This document shows positions 19,066 to 28,212 of a stretch of 64,000 nucleotides of DNA, one piece after another. Below the pieces are notes generated by a model that ran no database searches, was not told the DNA's origin, and saw nothing but the letters and a program-made list of their open reading frames with translations. The first letter of the stretch is position 1. Every line of letters starts with the position of its first letter. A program made the position numbers and the translations under genes. Source of the stretch: a virus; the IMG/VR virus record IMGVR_UViG_3300005663_001084, positions 88,929-152,928 of that record; one strand, written 5' to 3'.

Positions 19066-19563
19066 TTACTCCTGGGCGAGCGCCGTGGAGACCTCGTCGA
19101 AGCTGGAAGTGCTGGGCTTGTTTTCCTTGAACCACGTCTCCAGGCGGCCATAGATGTACTGCGCCGCCGCGCCCGCGTTGCCGTAGTCGAACGTCTTCCG
19201 GATCGTGTCGTCGTACTTGGTGAAGCTCTCCGGGTAGTCCTTCCACGTGGGCGGGTCGCCGAAGCACGGCTCGTCCACATGCCATACGTCCACGCAGATC
19301 TGATCGATGTTGCGGTGCTCGACCACGACGAGGACGATGGCGGGTCCCGTGAACCCGGGGCGGAACCAGATCACGATCCCGTCCTCGCGGCCATTGTACC
19401 ACGCTGCTGTGTGGATATCCTCGGCGTACAGGTACCCGCCGTTCTCGTGCGGCAGGAAGTCCGGGGCCATATCTTTGAGCATGGCCAAGACGGCCAGCGG
19501 CTGCGCGTTGATGTGAAGGCTGAGGTCAATCCTGGTTGGTCTCCTGTCCTGTCCCACAACCAA
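19066..19563 (-). CDS. hypothetical protein (start uncertain: the track start is TTG, and GGACAGGACAGGAGAC sits in the leader)
   Basis: 165 aa ORF downstream of a promoter copy and an AT-rich spacer. Confidence 0.35.
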   Translation of the reverse strand: MVVGQDRRPTRIDLSLHINAQPLAVLAMLKDMAPDFLPHENGGYLYAEDIHTAAWYNGREDGIVIWFRPGFTGPAIVLVVVEHRNIDQICVDVWHVDEPCFGDPPTWKDYPESFTKYDDTIRKTFDYGNAGAAAQYIYGRLETWFKENKPSTSSFDEVSTALAQE

Positions 19564-19640
19564 GTATATCGGGACGCCCAGGGGAAGTCAACATAATTTT
19601 ATAGGAGTTTCTAAAAAAATTTATATGAGTTATCCGGGGC
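19561..19640 (-). promoter_or_regulatory. degenerate promoter-like element plus AT-rich region
   Basis: CAAGTATATCGGGACGCCCAGGGG, then ATAATTTTATAGGAGTTTCTAAAAAAATTTATATGAG. Confidence 0.35.
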
Positions 19641-19887
19641 CTGCTACCCTCCCGAACCGTTCGTCGGCGTCAGTTCTCTCATTGGGCCATGGCACGAACT
19701 CGGCGATGATCCTGCCCGGAGCCCGGACGTAGAAGCCCTCCGCGCCTACCTGGGTGACTGTGCCACCCGGGCACCGCTGACCGGCGGCGTACTCAGCCCG
19801 CGCCCACTGGCGCTTCTGTTCGGCCCGGTGCCGCCGCTCCTGGGGGTCTTCCTGGCCCTGCTTGGGTTGTGTGTTACGTGACATCAT
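19630..19887 (-). CDS. small hypothetical protein
   Basis: Start set at MMSRNT to avoid a 38-nt overlap. Confidence 0.3.
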   Translation of the reverse strand: MMSRNTQPKQGQEDPQERRHRAEQKRQWARAEYAAGQRCPGGTVTQVGAEGFYVRAPGRIIAEFVPWPNERTDADERFGRVAGPG

Positions 19888-21022
19888 AACCTCTGCTTTC
19901 TGCGGCTCCATGCCCCGCTGCGGTCTTCCTGACCAGGATAGGCCAGATCCATACCAGTTTGCGTTCCCTGCGCCCCTCGCCTATGGCCACTCTCCGGAAG
20001 TGGCCCTTGCGCCAGTGGGGCCTGGGAGACTTCCGGGAGCCCTCCCCGCCCTCGGTGGGCTCTGCTTCGACCTGATCGATCAGGGGCTTGATCTTGACCG
20101 AGGAGCCCACCACGACCTCCTGAGGAATCATGCCCTCCTCGATCTGACGCCTGACCGATTTGCGTCGTTTGGAACTGGTCTTTCGTTTCTTGAAGTCTTG
20201 GAGCCGGACGTAAAGCTCGTGCGGGTTCTCCAGGATGTCGGCGTCCGGGCAGGACATGTAGAGGAACAAATTGGCCACCACACGGACCAGGATCGAGTCC
20301 ACGTCTGTCCGCTGCCAACGCATCTGTCCACCGGCCAGGAGGTGCGCGATTGGATCGAAGACCTGGGCCTGATCCAGCTTGTCCTGCTGCTCTATGCCGA
20401 GCATTACGAGGTTATCGACCGAACGGGTCTCACCCTCGTCCCAGCCGATGTTCTGAAACCGTACCGTCCAGTCGTGGTGTGTCTTGTCCTGCTCCCCGCG
20501 AGCCACGTAAAGCACGCGGCACTGGTAGTCGATGTCTGCCAGTGTCTTTCCGCCGGACGAGGTGAAGACCTGGGCCATAGGTCCCGGTTCCCCGACCGGT
20601 CCCCAAGACACGTAGCAGCCCTCGGCCTCGACGTACCCCCCACGAACTCCAGGAAAGCGTACGCGGTTGGGCGGCAGCGCAATATAGACGGCGGGAAACG
20701 GCGGGTGAATCTCGCTTATTGCCAAGCGGGCCTCAGTCTCAACCAGTAAATCAAACAGATCGGCCGAAGGCCTGATCACGTGACGACCGCAGGCGTCCCA
20801 GACTGCTGTTTGATAGATCTCGTTGACCGCTGGAGAGTGCCCAGCCGTGCCTCGGATCATCGTCTTGACAGCCTCGGACTCTACGAAGTAGGCAAAACCC
20901 GTGCGCTCCGAACTCACATGGCTCCTGGCCTCATCCCAGTCCACGCCCAACATCCGCATCAGCGGGTGTTTCATCATCCGGTCGCGGAAGGATTTCCAGT
21001 GCGTGAGTTTCTCTTTGGCCAC
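19874..21022 (-). CDS. hypothetical protein with basic KRKTSSKRRK segment
   Basis: 382 aa ORF. Confidence 0.45.
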   Translation of the reverse strand: MAKEKLTHWKSFRDRMMKHPLMRMLGVDWDEARSHVSSERTGFAYFVESEAVKTMIRGTAGHSPAVNEIYQTAVWDACGRHVIRPSADLFDLLVETEARLAISEIHPPFPAVYIALPPNRVRFPGVRGGYVEAEGCYVSWGPVGEPGPMAQVFTSSGGKTLADIDYQCRVLYVARGEQDKTHHDWTVRFQNIGWDEGETRSVDNLVMLGIEQQDKLDQAQVFDPIAHLLAGGQMRWQRTDVDSILVRVVANLFLYMSCPDADILENPHELYVRLQDFKKRKTSSKRRKSVRRQIEEGMIPQEVVVGSSVKIKPLIDQVEAEPTEGGEGSRKSPRPHWRKGHFRRVAIGEGRRERKLVWIWPILVRKTAAGHGAAESRGYDVT

Positions 21023-21031
21023 GGTGTGTCC

Positions 21032-21373
21032 TCATCTCCTCTTCGGAAACATCCTGTCGATTTCCTCGTCGCTCTTGCCCAACCGTTTGAACTCTGAGCG
21101 GAGGAACTCTTCGTGCCGGTACTCCTGTAACCTGCGGTCGCGCTGCGTGTTCATAGCGCTGAACGCCGCCAGCAGACCGTTACCTGCCTCAAGTCTGCGC
21201 ATGGCCTGGGCACTGCGCCGCAGAGACTCGGACCGATCTTCCGGAGTCTCCTTTGGATCTGATTCCGGTGGCTTGCCCAGGCAGCACTTCTTGAACTTCT
21301 TGCCGCTGCCGCAGTGGCACGGTGAGTTGCGTCCGAACTTAGGCATGTCAGCCGCCCTCTCGGGTGTAGACAT
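21032..21373 (-). CDS. SEC-C motif (SecA C-terminal zinc-binding motif) protein
   Basis: SPCHCGSGKKFKKCC matches CxCGSGxK[YF]KxCC. Confidence 0.65.
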   Translation of the reverse strand: MSTPERAADMPKFGRNSPCHCGSGKKFKKCCLGKPPESDPKETPEDRSESLRRSAQAMRRLEAGNGLLAAFSAMNTQRDRRLQEYRHEEFLRSEFKRLGKSDEEIDRMFPKRR

Positions 21374-21836
21374 GCTTTTCGATGAGCTTTCCGTACGTGT
21401 ACCCTTTCAAGACTATAAACTCCTGGGCTTCAGCCAACGTATCGAACTTCTGCTGATCCCCGAGTATCTTGACGTGGAAGTGGTCGCCGGGAACAAACTT
21501 GGAAACTGTAGCGAATTTCCGCCGGTCTCCGCCGCGCCAGTTCCACCAATAATTTACATGCTTCCTAAAGGCCAAACAGTCTTCACGCATGATGCAGGCA
21601 AGAAGCATCTGTCTCCGGCAGTAGCCAGAGTCGCTATATTGGTATCGTGATTCTGCGTCACATCCCTCCATCAACTCTTCTATTGCTTCATCCCTAAAGT
21701 GTATTGCAACACTGGGCTCTATCCCATACAGCGACCATGCCGAAAATGCAGACTTCAGTAATTCCTCGCCGTTTCTAGGAAGCGGATGTGACGGATCAAA
21801 GCCGGGCGGGAAGTCTTGTGGATAATTCCGTGCCAT
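21348..21836 (-). CDS. hypothetical protein
   Basis: 162 aa ORF. Confidence 0.4.
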   Translation of the reverse strand: MARNYPQDFPPGFDPSHPLPRNGEELLKSAFSAWSLYGIEPSVAIHFRDEAIEELMEGCDAESRYQYSDSGYCRRQMLLACIMREDCLAFRKHVNYWWNWRGGDRRKFATVSKFVPGDHFHVKILGDQQKFDTLAEAQEFIVLKGYTYGKLIEKHVYTREGG

Positions 21837-21904
21837 CTGGTTTTCTCTTCAGCAATCCACTGCCAAGCCCGCTTTCGCAGGCCCGGCGGTGGGCCGCCCA
21901 CGCC

Positions 21905-22141
21905 CTAGTAATTCAGTGTGACAAATTTTCCGCGATACTTCTCAATCGTGTCGTAGTTGAGGCTGATTGTGAACACTTCGCCACCGTGACGGTCGGCATT
22001 TCGCTGCGCGCCTGCCCGGGTCTTCCACTGCTTGGCGGAGTGATTCGAGCCCAGACCGACAAAGCGGGCGCTGAGCCACTCGCCCGTCGTGGTCCAGAGT
22101 GCGGTGCCCTTACCCAGTGTCTTCTTGATTCCGTACTGCAT
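21905..22141 (-). CDS. small hypothetical protein
   Basis: 78 aa; promoter copy plus GGACAGGGACAGGAGAC leader upstream. Confidence 0.4.
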   Translation of the reverse strand: MQYGIKKTLGKGTALWTTTGEWLSARFVGLGSNHSAKQWKTRAGAQRNADRHGGEVFTISLNYDTIEKYRGKFVTLNY

Positions 22142-22170
22142 GGCTAGTCTCCTGTCCCTGTCCGCTACTT

Positions 22171-22225
22171 ACTATATCGGGAGCCCTCCGTATTTGCAAG
22201 AGTATTTTATATGATTTTCCAATAA
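22171..22225 (-). promoter_or_regulatory. promoter-like element with AT-rich extension (class B)
   Basis: CTATATCGGGAGCCCTCCGTATTTGCAAGAGTATTTTATATGATTTTCCAATAATTATT. Confidence 0.5.
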
Positions 22226-23200
22226 TTATTCCAGGAGTTCCAGCACCCTATGGACGAACCGGGGACCCGCATTGGGACCCCGTACGAAGCCGTTGTAGAC
22301 CTGGACCAGTGGAGCCCCGGCCTTCAGGTATTGGAGCACCTCAACGGCGCTGAAGATCCCGCCGCAGCCGATTACGACCTTCTTGATATGCGCCGTCACG
22401 TAATGCACCAGCGCCACACTCAGGCCCCGGACAGCGTCTCCGCTCCGACCGCCCTTGCCGTACTTCTCATGGACCGAGGGAAGCGTGTTCGAGCAGATGA
22501 AGCCTGACAAGTTGAAGTCGTCGGCGAGGATCAGGATCTGTTCGAGGTCATCGCCTTGGATATTGGGCGACAATTTGACCAGGAGTGGTCGGCCCCTGCG
22601 ATACAGGCAGCAAGCGTTCAGGAGTTCTCTCAGTGCGCTGGGGTCCTCGAACGTCTTGCCCTCGGCCGTGTTCGGACAGCTTATGTTGAGAACCGTGTAC
22701 GCCCCAAGGCCGCCCAGGAGCCGGTAGCTCTCGCTTATGTCCTCGATGGCCGCGTCGCCCATGATGTTGGGATCGTGCGTCTTGGCGATGTTGACGCCGT
22801 AGGCCTGCGAGCGGCACATCAGCAGGCGTTCCCGGACCATCCAGGCAGGCTCGCCGTTGAGACCCATCCGGTTCATCACGTCGCGGTCGCCGACACGGAA
22901 CATCCTGGGCCGCTCATTACCTGGGCCACCCTGACAGGTCACGCTGCCCACCTCGACCCAGCCGAAGCCGTAGTCCTCGGCCACGTCCACAAGAATGCCA
23001 TTCTTATCGAAACCGGCCGCGAGGCCGATGGGGTTGTTGATCTCGGTACCGAAGAGATGGGTCTTGAAGATGTCGGGATTGTTACCTTCCGGCTCGTACA
23101 GGCCGGGGGCTAAGCGCCGCTTCAGCATGCCCCGCACAGCGATATCGTGGGCGCGCTCAGGATCGAGAAGGGTAAGAAGGAGGTGGGCCAGTCTTTCCAT
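22226..23200 (-). CDS. pyrD: dihydroorotate dehydrogenase (quinone), class 2
   Basis: LDPERAHD N-terminus; NPIGLAAGFDKNG; GFGWVEVGSVTCQGGPGNERPR (signature 1); VVIGCGGIFSAVEVLQYLKAGA (signature 2); SCPNT. Confidence 0.85.
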   Translation of the reverse strand: MERLAHLLLTLLDPERAHDIAVRGMLKRRLAPGLYEPEGNNPDIFKTHLFGTEINNPIGLAAGFDKNGILVDVAEDYGFGWVEVGSVTCQGGPGNERPRMFRVGDRDVMNRMGLNGEPAWMVRERLLMCRSQAYGVNIAKTHDPNIMGDAAIEDISESYRLLGGLGAYTVLNISCPNTAEGKTFEDPSALRELLNACCLYRRGRPLLVKLSPNIQGDDLEQILILADDFNLSGFICSNTLPSVHEKYGKGGRSGDAVRGLSVALVHYVTAHIKKVVIGCGGIFSAVEVLQYLKAGAPLVQVYNGFVRGPNAGPRFVHRVLELLE

Positions 23201-23380
23201 GGCGAGTCCTCAAATAAGTCGGCCCCCCGAACAACCGGCGGTGGGGGGGTTTCGCCGTCATCCGGGGGACCAGTGCGGTGACAGCCCAGTCGTTTTGAAC
23301 TGCACCACGACCTCATCCTACCGTAAGCGCCCCACTTCGTGCAAGCTGTCTGAGTCAGCGGTTTATCCAGGTCCAGTATA

Positions 23381-23797
23381 TCATCGAACTGCGTCCGCCA
23401 TGTTCCGGATGACACCCTGGACGAGGTCGCTCTTGAAGTACTGCTGGAGCACCATGCGAAGTTCGTCCGCGTTCTCCAGTAGGGACTTCTCACCGACGAT
23501 GTCGTTGGAGACCGGGTACGCGGCCTCGGAGACGTGCGAGAGCTTCAACAGGGTACGGCTGATGTCGGGCACATCGATACTGATGGCAAAGCTATGGTGC
23601 AGCCGGAAGTTCGGAGTGACCCTTTCCTCCTCCATGTCGGCAGAATCGGTACGCTCTTCCGTCTTCACCCAGGCTTCCAGATCGTGGCGGCCCTGGGATG
23701 TCTTGTGCTGCTGGTTGAACTGCTTCGCGGCTTCCCGAAGGATGGTGATGGGAGCATCCGGGTGGGCGTCGACTTTGATGTTGGGCCAGAAGTCCAT
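23381..23797 (-). CDS. hypothetical protein
   Basis: 138 aa; promoter copy immediately upstream. Confidence 0.4.
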   Translation of the reverse strand: MDFWPNIKVDAHPDAPITILREAAKQFNQQHKTSQGRHDLEAWVKTEERTDSADMEEERVTPNFRLHHSFAISIDVPDISRTLLKLSHVSEAAYPVSNDIVGEKSLLENADELRMVLQQYFKSDLVQGVIRNMADAVR

Positions 23798-23802
23798 ACT
23801 CT

Positions 23803-23830
23803 CTATATCGGATTGGGCAGGCTATTTGGT
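23803..23830 (-). promoter_or_regulatory. conserved promoter-like element
   Basis: CTATATCGGATTGGGCAGGCTATTTGG; the A13 tract follows on the plus strand. Confidence 0.55.
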
Positions 23831-23835
23831 CAGAT

Positions 23836-23848
23836 AAAAAAAAAAAAA
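23836..23848 (-). repeat. A13/T13 homopolymer in the intergenic region
   Basis: 13 consecutive A on the plus strand in an otherwise 60% GC genome. Confidence 0.8.
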
Positions 23849-23862
23849 CCGGGGTAGGGATA

Positions 23863-24468
23863 TTATCGGCCCAAACCGAAGAACCCGCGCTTCCGTTTGG
23901 GCTTGCGCTTGCGTGGAGGTGAGGGCTCAGGCGGAGCGGTCGGTTCGAGGACGTTGTACGCGCGTCGCAGGTTCTCCAGGGCCGCATCGACCGCGCCTGC
24001 GATCTCTCGGCTGCCCTGGGGATCACTACGCAGCGCCAAGCGCAGGCCAGACACGTGGGCGATGGCGTTCGCCATCCGCGACTTGACGCTGCCGTGCTTG
24101 GGCGCACGCGGCGGCCGGGCGGCAGGCTGCTGCGGTTCCTCGGGAGCTTCCTCACGCTGCCAACCTGGAATCGACGGAGCTTTCTCGTAATCCAGACGGT
24201 ACTGCTGCTGACCGGTGTTGAGCGTAGCTGTCAGCGGACCCGTCTGCGTGAGTTCAGCGTTGACAGTTCCCAGCCGGTTGAGGATCTCCACAAACTGACG
24301 ACCGCCAATCCGGTTACCGCTAGGTCCAGTGATGGTGCCTGTCTCCGGAACCAGATCGACGTTGATGTCACCGCCCAGCGTGAGCGGTATGCGGACGGAC
24401 TGGGAGAACTGCCCTTCCTGCTCGGCGAGGCGCATGCGTTCGTTCAATGTGGCGCGGAGAACCTTCAT
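23863..24468 (-). CDS. hypothetical protein with basic KRKPKRKRGFFGLGR C-terminus
   Basis: 201 aa ORF. Confidence 0.4.
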   Translation of the reverse strand: MKVLRATLNERMRLAEQEGQFSQSVRIPLTLGGDINVDLVPETGTITGPSGNRIGGRQFVEILNRLGTVNAELTQTGPLTATLNTGQQQYRLDYEKAPSIPGWQREEAPEEPQQPAARPPRAPKHGSVKSRMANAIAHVSGLRLALRSDPQGSREIAGAVDAALENLRRAYNVLEPTAPPEPSPPRKRKPKRKRGFFGLGR

Positions 24469-24514
24469 GCTCGCGGCTGCTCTGGACGTGTGAGTTGTCT
24501 CTCGGTGATGCGCA

Positions 24515-25087
24515 TCAGTACCCGCCGCTGGCTGGCTTGACGCTCCTCGGGTCGCTGTCCACGTTGCCGTGACCGGCAGCAGTGCTGCCCTCAGCGTCCG
24601 GGATGTCGGCCGGATCTTCTCCGTGTTCGGGATCGGTGTTCGCGCCGTCGTCCGTGTAGGCCGGGGCGTGGCCAGGGGCGGTGCTGCCTGCGGGCTCGGG
24701 GATGCCCGCGATGCCCATGTCCTCCTGAACCTTGATCAGGCCGTTCTGGGCAAGCTGCATCGCCGTGGTGGTGTACTGCCCGCCCAGGTGACCGAGCAGA
24801 CCGGAGTCCACCAGTTCCTGGAAGAGGCTGACGACCTCGGCCTGCGGCATGTCGCCGGACTCGAAGGCCTTCAGCTTCTCTGGCAGACCCTTCTGGAGTT
24901 CGCCGTATCCGGTGACGGGCTGGCCGTCGACCTCGGCAGCCGACGGCCCGATGGCAGCAAGGCATGCGCCTGCGTCGCCGCCGCACCCGCACCCGCACTC
25001 GTCGAGCATCTCGTCGATGCGGACGCTCTCCTGCATAGGCTGGCTGTTCGGAACCATTCCACGGATCACGGATCTGGGATCGCTCAT
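24515..25087 (-). CDS. hypothetical protein (CGCGCGG cluster)
   Basis: 190 aa ORF. Confidence 0.4.
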   Translation of the reverse strand: MSDPRSVIRGMVPNSQPMQESVRIDEMLDECGCGCGGDAGACLAAIGPSAAEVDGQPVTGYGELQKGLPEKLKAFESGDMPQAEVVSLFQELVDSGLLGHLGGQYTTTAMQLAQNGLIKVQEDMGIAGIPEPAGSTAPGHAPAYTDDGANTDPEHGEDPADIPDAEGSTAAGHGNVDSDPRSVKPASGGY

Positions 25088-25150
25088 GGTCTGTGTCTCC
25101 CTGTTGCTGTCAGGATTCTACAGCAAGGAGGCCCCGCAAGGCAAATTGAA

Positions 25151-25576
25151 TCAGGATTTGGGTTTGGGAGGCGACTTGTCGAGGGTGAAGTGGCTGAACT
25201 CGGCGTCCTCAACGACCTGGGTACCGTCAGGGAGCGTCGTAACCGAGCCGTAGCTGACCGGATTGACCTCGGCGATGCCTTCCTCGATCAGCTTTACGAG
25301 GGGAACATCGTTTGGCCCGAAGTCCTGAATCTCCACTGTGATCTGGCCGTCGTCAAACTCGCTGCCGCTGACCAGCCCTACGGCATCAAGCAGATTCGGC
25401 GGCTCTCCCGGGGGAGGGTCCCTGTAGACCAGGAGCGTCCCGTTGCGGGCCTTCTCCCGGATCTGCTCAGCGAGCTTCTCCATCGCTCCCTGCGTGTACA
25501 CCCGACCGTTCCGGTTCGGCGTGTCCGTCTGCATCGGCAGGGTGACCTCCACCGTCTCCTGATTCCGCTTGCTCAT
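25151..25576 (-). CDS. hypothetical protein
   Basis: GGAG SD 7 nt before the ATG; overlaps the low-complexity tail of the AAA gene by 110 nt. Confidence 0.4.
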   Translation of the reverse strand: MSKRNQETVEVTLPMQTDTPNRNGRVYTQGAMEKLAEQIREKARNGTLLVYRDPPPGEPPNLLDAVGLVSGSEFDDGQITVEIQDFGPNDVPLVKLIEEGIAEVNPVSYGSVTTLPDGTQVVEDAEFSHFTLDKSPPKPKS

Positions 25577-26915
25577 CTTTGCGCTCCCAGTAAAGTTTCA
25601 GCGCCTCAGTCCCACAGCGGTCCTGAAACTGGTCGATAGTGTCCTCGTTATCCAGGCCCTTCCGGATCATGTCGTCAACAATCTCGGGGCAGTCCACCAG
25701 TATACGCTCCGCGAGCCTGCGCAGTCCAGACTCTTCGGGGTTTGGGATTTCCAGTATCCGATTGATCCGGCCGGGGCGGGAAGCGATTTCTCCGCTCTGC
25801 CTCCCGGACAAGGCCGGGTCGAGCACGTCGAGCCGGTTCGTGGTGACGATCAGGAACAGGCCGTCCACGCGCTCGACCCCGTCGATTCGGTTGAGCAGGC
25901 AGTCAAACGTGAGCGGTTGCTTCATCTGGGACTTGATGACGTTCTCGCGGCCCTCGAAGACTGTGTCGATATCTTCGAGCAGCGCCATACAAGGCGTGTC
26001 GTCGAGCATGTCGTTCCACTCTTTGCTGAACTCGGAGTTGCTCATGCTCGCCAGATCGTAGACGTAGACAGGTAGGTTGAGATCCTCCGCCACTGCACGG
26101 GCCAAAGTCGTCTTGCCGTTGCCGGGCCTGCCGTGAAGAAGCCAACCGCGTCTCCAGGGCAGGCTCCGCTCGAAATACCAGTCCCGACTCTTGTGCCAGC
26201 GCTTCGCCTCTTCCACGACGTCGACTAGAGCGCTGTGGATAATCAGACTATCAAGCGCATCCTCGTCTTCGCTAACCTTCTGAGGGCCGAAGTCATCGTG
26301 GGTCCATACCAGGGGTCGGTGTTGACGCATAGAGAGCAGGTAGCCAGCGCTGTCGTCGTCCTCTCGGCCAGCGAGAACAGGACCTTGACTCGTATCTTTA
26401 TCGACGGTGTACTGAGAACTTCCTGAGATGTAGATCACTTCGTAGCGGTTGAAGCTCTTGTCCGTGCGAAAGGAGTTGTACATCTCCGCAGCTTTGACAG
26501 CCAACTCATCCGGATCGAACGTGCCACGCAGGTAGCGCACCACGAAGCCCTTACGATTACCTTCCTCGCTATCGGAATTGCCGGATTCGCTAACCCAGAG
26601 AAAGCGCCAGCCCTTTCGGAAGATTTTGACATTGGTGGACAGTTTCTCGAAGGCGACCAGAACGCGACGCCGCTCCGGTCGGACAAATAGCTCGTCACCA
26701 AAGAATGTTCGGGACGTGTAGCGGGAGGCTGTGAACTCCCGGAACAGGTACATCTTGAATCCCTGAGTCAGCTCCCCCCGTTGAAAGGTGGTGGTCCGTA
26801 CAACGTGCTCAACGATCTGTCCGAGGAACGTCTTGATGTGCCTCCAGAAGCCGACGATCAGACCGCCGATGCCTACGCCGCCAAGGATTGCGAGTGGGTT
26901 GCTGAGGAGGTCCAT
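25467..26915 (-). CDS. BCS1-like AAA+ ATPase with N-terminal transmembrane anchor
   Basis: MDLLSNPLAILGGVGIGGLIVGFW transmembrane segment; Walker A GWLLHGRPGNGKTTLARAV; LFLIVTTN; BCS1-type layout. Confidence 0.6.
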   Translation of the reverse strand: MDLLSNPLAILGGVGIGGLIVGFWRHIKTFLGQIVEHVVRTTTFQRGELTQGFKMYLFREFTASRYTSRTFFGDELFVRPERRRVLVAFEKLSTNVKIFRKGWRFLWVSESGNSDSEEGNRKGFVVRYLRGTFDPDELAVKAAEMYNSFRTDKSFNRYEVIYISGSSQYTVDKDTSQGPVLAGREDDDSAGYLLSMRQHRPLVWTHDDFGPQKVSEDEDALDSLIIHSALVDVVEEAKRWHKSRDWYFERSLPWRRGWLLHGRPGNGKTTLARAVAEDLNLPVYVYDLASMSNSEFSKEWNDMLDDTPCMALLEDIDTVFEGRENVIKSQMKQPLTFDCLLNRIDGVERVDGLFLIVTTNRLDVLDPALSGRQSGEIASRPGRINRILEIPNPEESGLRRLAERILVDCPEIVDDMIRKGLDNEDTIDQFQDRCGTEALKLYWERKDEQAESGDGGGHPADADGHAEPERSGVHAGSDGEAR

Positions 26916-27736
26916 CAGATCTCGAAAGTCTGCCCGACCTCAACGAAGCCTGCGAACCCATTGTTCTGCGCCTTACCGTGACCCTCGAAAACTTCCGGTA
27001 CCGAGTTGTAATGATAGAGCCACATGCGCTCTTTGATCTCCGGGTCCAATGTCGCCAGATCATCGTAGTGCGCGTGCACGTTCGAGCGGAATGGTGTCGT
27101 CTCACAGTCGTGCAGGATCGTGGCTGCCTGCTTGTAGAAGTCACGAAGCTGATTCGGACAAAACTGTGTATCGCCTGTCAGAAATGTCTTCGGCAGCGCG
27201 GGGATCGTCATGGTCCCCTTCTTGTATTTCTGAATCATCAGGCCGTAGCAGTGCATGATCCGGTAGCCGGACACGACGTGTACCGTCTGGACTGGCGTGA
27301 GCAGCACGTCTTCCCATACGAACGAGTCGTTGATCTTGAGCGGCTGACAGTCGAAGAACGTGGTCAGCGTGGCCTCGCCGCCCTGGATCGTGGACAGGCC
27401 GCCCTTGAGGCTGCTGTCCCAAAGCTCGTGCATCAGACCCTCGATGCAAAACAGCTTGGGCTTTCCCAAGGTCGGGTTGAAGTACGTACACAGCGCCAGC
27501 CATTCCAGGCCACCGATATGATCCGCGTGCAGATGTGTGATGTAGACGCCGTCGATGTACGACAGGCCGGAGGGATCGTCGCTGTCACCATACTGCTCGT
27601 GCAGCATGTCCTGGGAGCGCTGGCCGCAGTCGATCAAGAGCCGCTTCCCGCTTTCGGCTTCGATGACCATGTTGGACTGGCCGAGGCCCGCCCCGGCGAA
27701 CGCAGATCCCACGCCTACGAACCGGAGTTTTGGCAT
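26915..27736 (-). CDS. metallo-beta-lactamase-fold hydrolase (RNase Z / ElaC-like)
   Basis: YITHLHADHIGG HxHxDH motif; start coupled to the AAA stop. Confidence 0.6.
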   Translation of the reverse strand: MPKLRFVGVGSAFAGAGLGQSNMVIEAESGKRLLIDCGQRSQDMLHEQYGDSDDPSGLSYIDGVYITHLHADHIGGLEWLALCTYFNPTLGKPKLFCIEGLMHELWDSSLKGGLSTIQGGEATLTTFFDCQPLKINDSFVWEDVLLTPVQTVHVVSGYRIMHCYGLMIQKYKKGTMTIPALPKTFLTGDTQFCPNQLRDFYKQAATILHDCETTPFRSNVHAHYDDLATLDPEIKERMWLYHYNSVPEVFEGHGKAQNNGFAGFVEVGQTFEI

Positions 27737-28164
27737 GTACTCTCCTTGGCGACCTCGGCCACCAGTTCATCCATCTCGATGCTCTGGAACACGCAGTCCA
27801 GACGGTCCGCCACCAAGTGGCTCACCATGGCCCGGACAAGTTCGTAGAAATTCCGGTACGGGCCGATCTCCACCACGTCCCAGTCCGGCGGAATTTCTCG
27901 GGTACCCGGCAGGTAGACGTTCCGTTCCAGCAGGTAGCTGAAGTCCACGCTACTGGAGCCCAACTCACAGTCTTCCACCTCAATCATGTGCTCGCCGCAG
28001 GAGATGACGTAGGTGTTGTCGACCTGGATGGCATCCTGGGGAACTTCCGGATCTTCGAGCGGGTCCGGGTGGTCGATGATCTCGATAGACAGAGCGGTCC
28101 CGAAGACGGACTGCATCGCAGCCGTCAAGACGTCCGTCTGATCTTCGAGACTCAAGAACTTCAT
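27715..28164 (-). CDS. acidic hypothetical protein
   Basis: 149 aa; promoter copy ends 6 nt before the ATG. Confidence 0.4.
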   Translation of the reverse strand: MKFLSLEDQTDVLTAAMQSVFGTALSIEIIDHPDPLEDPEVPQDAIQVDNTYVISCGEHMIEVEDCELGSSSVDFSYLLERNVYLPGTREIPPDWDVVEIGPYRNFYELVRAMVSHLVADRLDCVFQSIEMDELVAEVAKESTCQNSGS

Positions 28165-28170
28165 ACTTTA

Positions 28171-28196
28171 CTTATCGGGACGGGGGTGCTATTTGC
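28171..28196 (-). promoter_or_regulatory. conserved promoter-like element
   Basis: CTTATCGGGACGGGGGTGCTATTTGC; ends 6 nt from the ATG of 27715..28164. Confidence 0.5.
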
Positions 28197-28212
28197 CCAG
28201 GAAAAATCTCAT

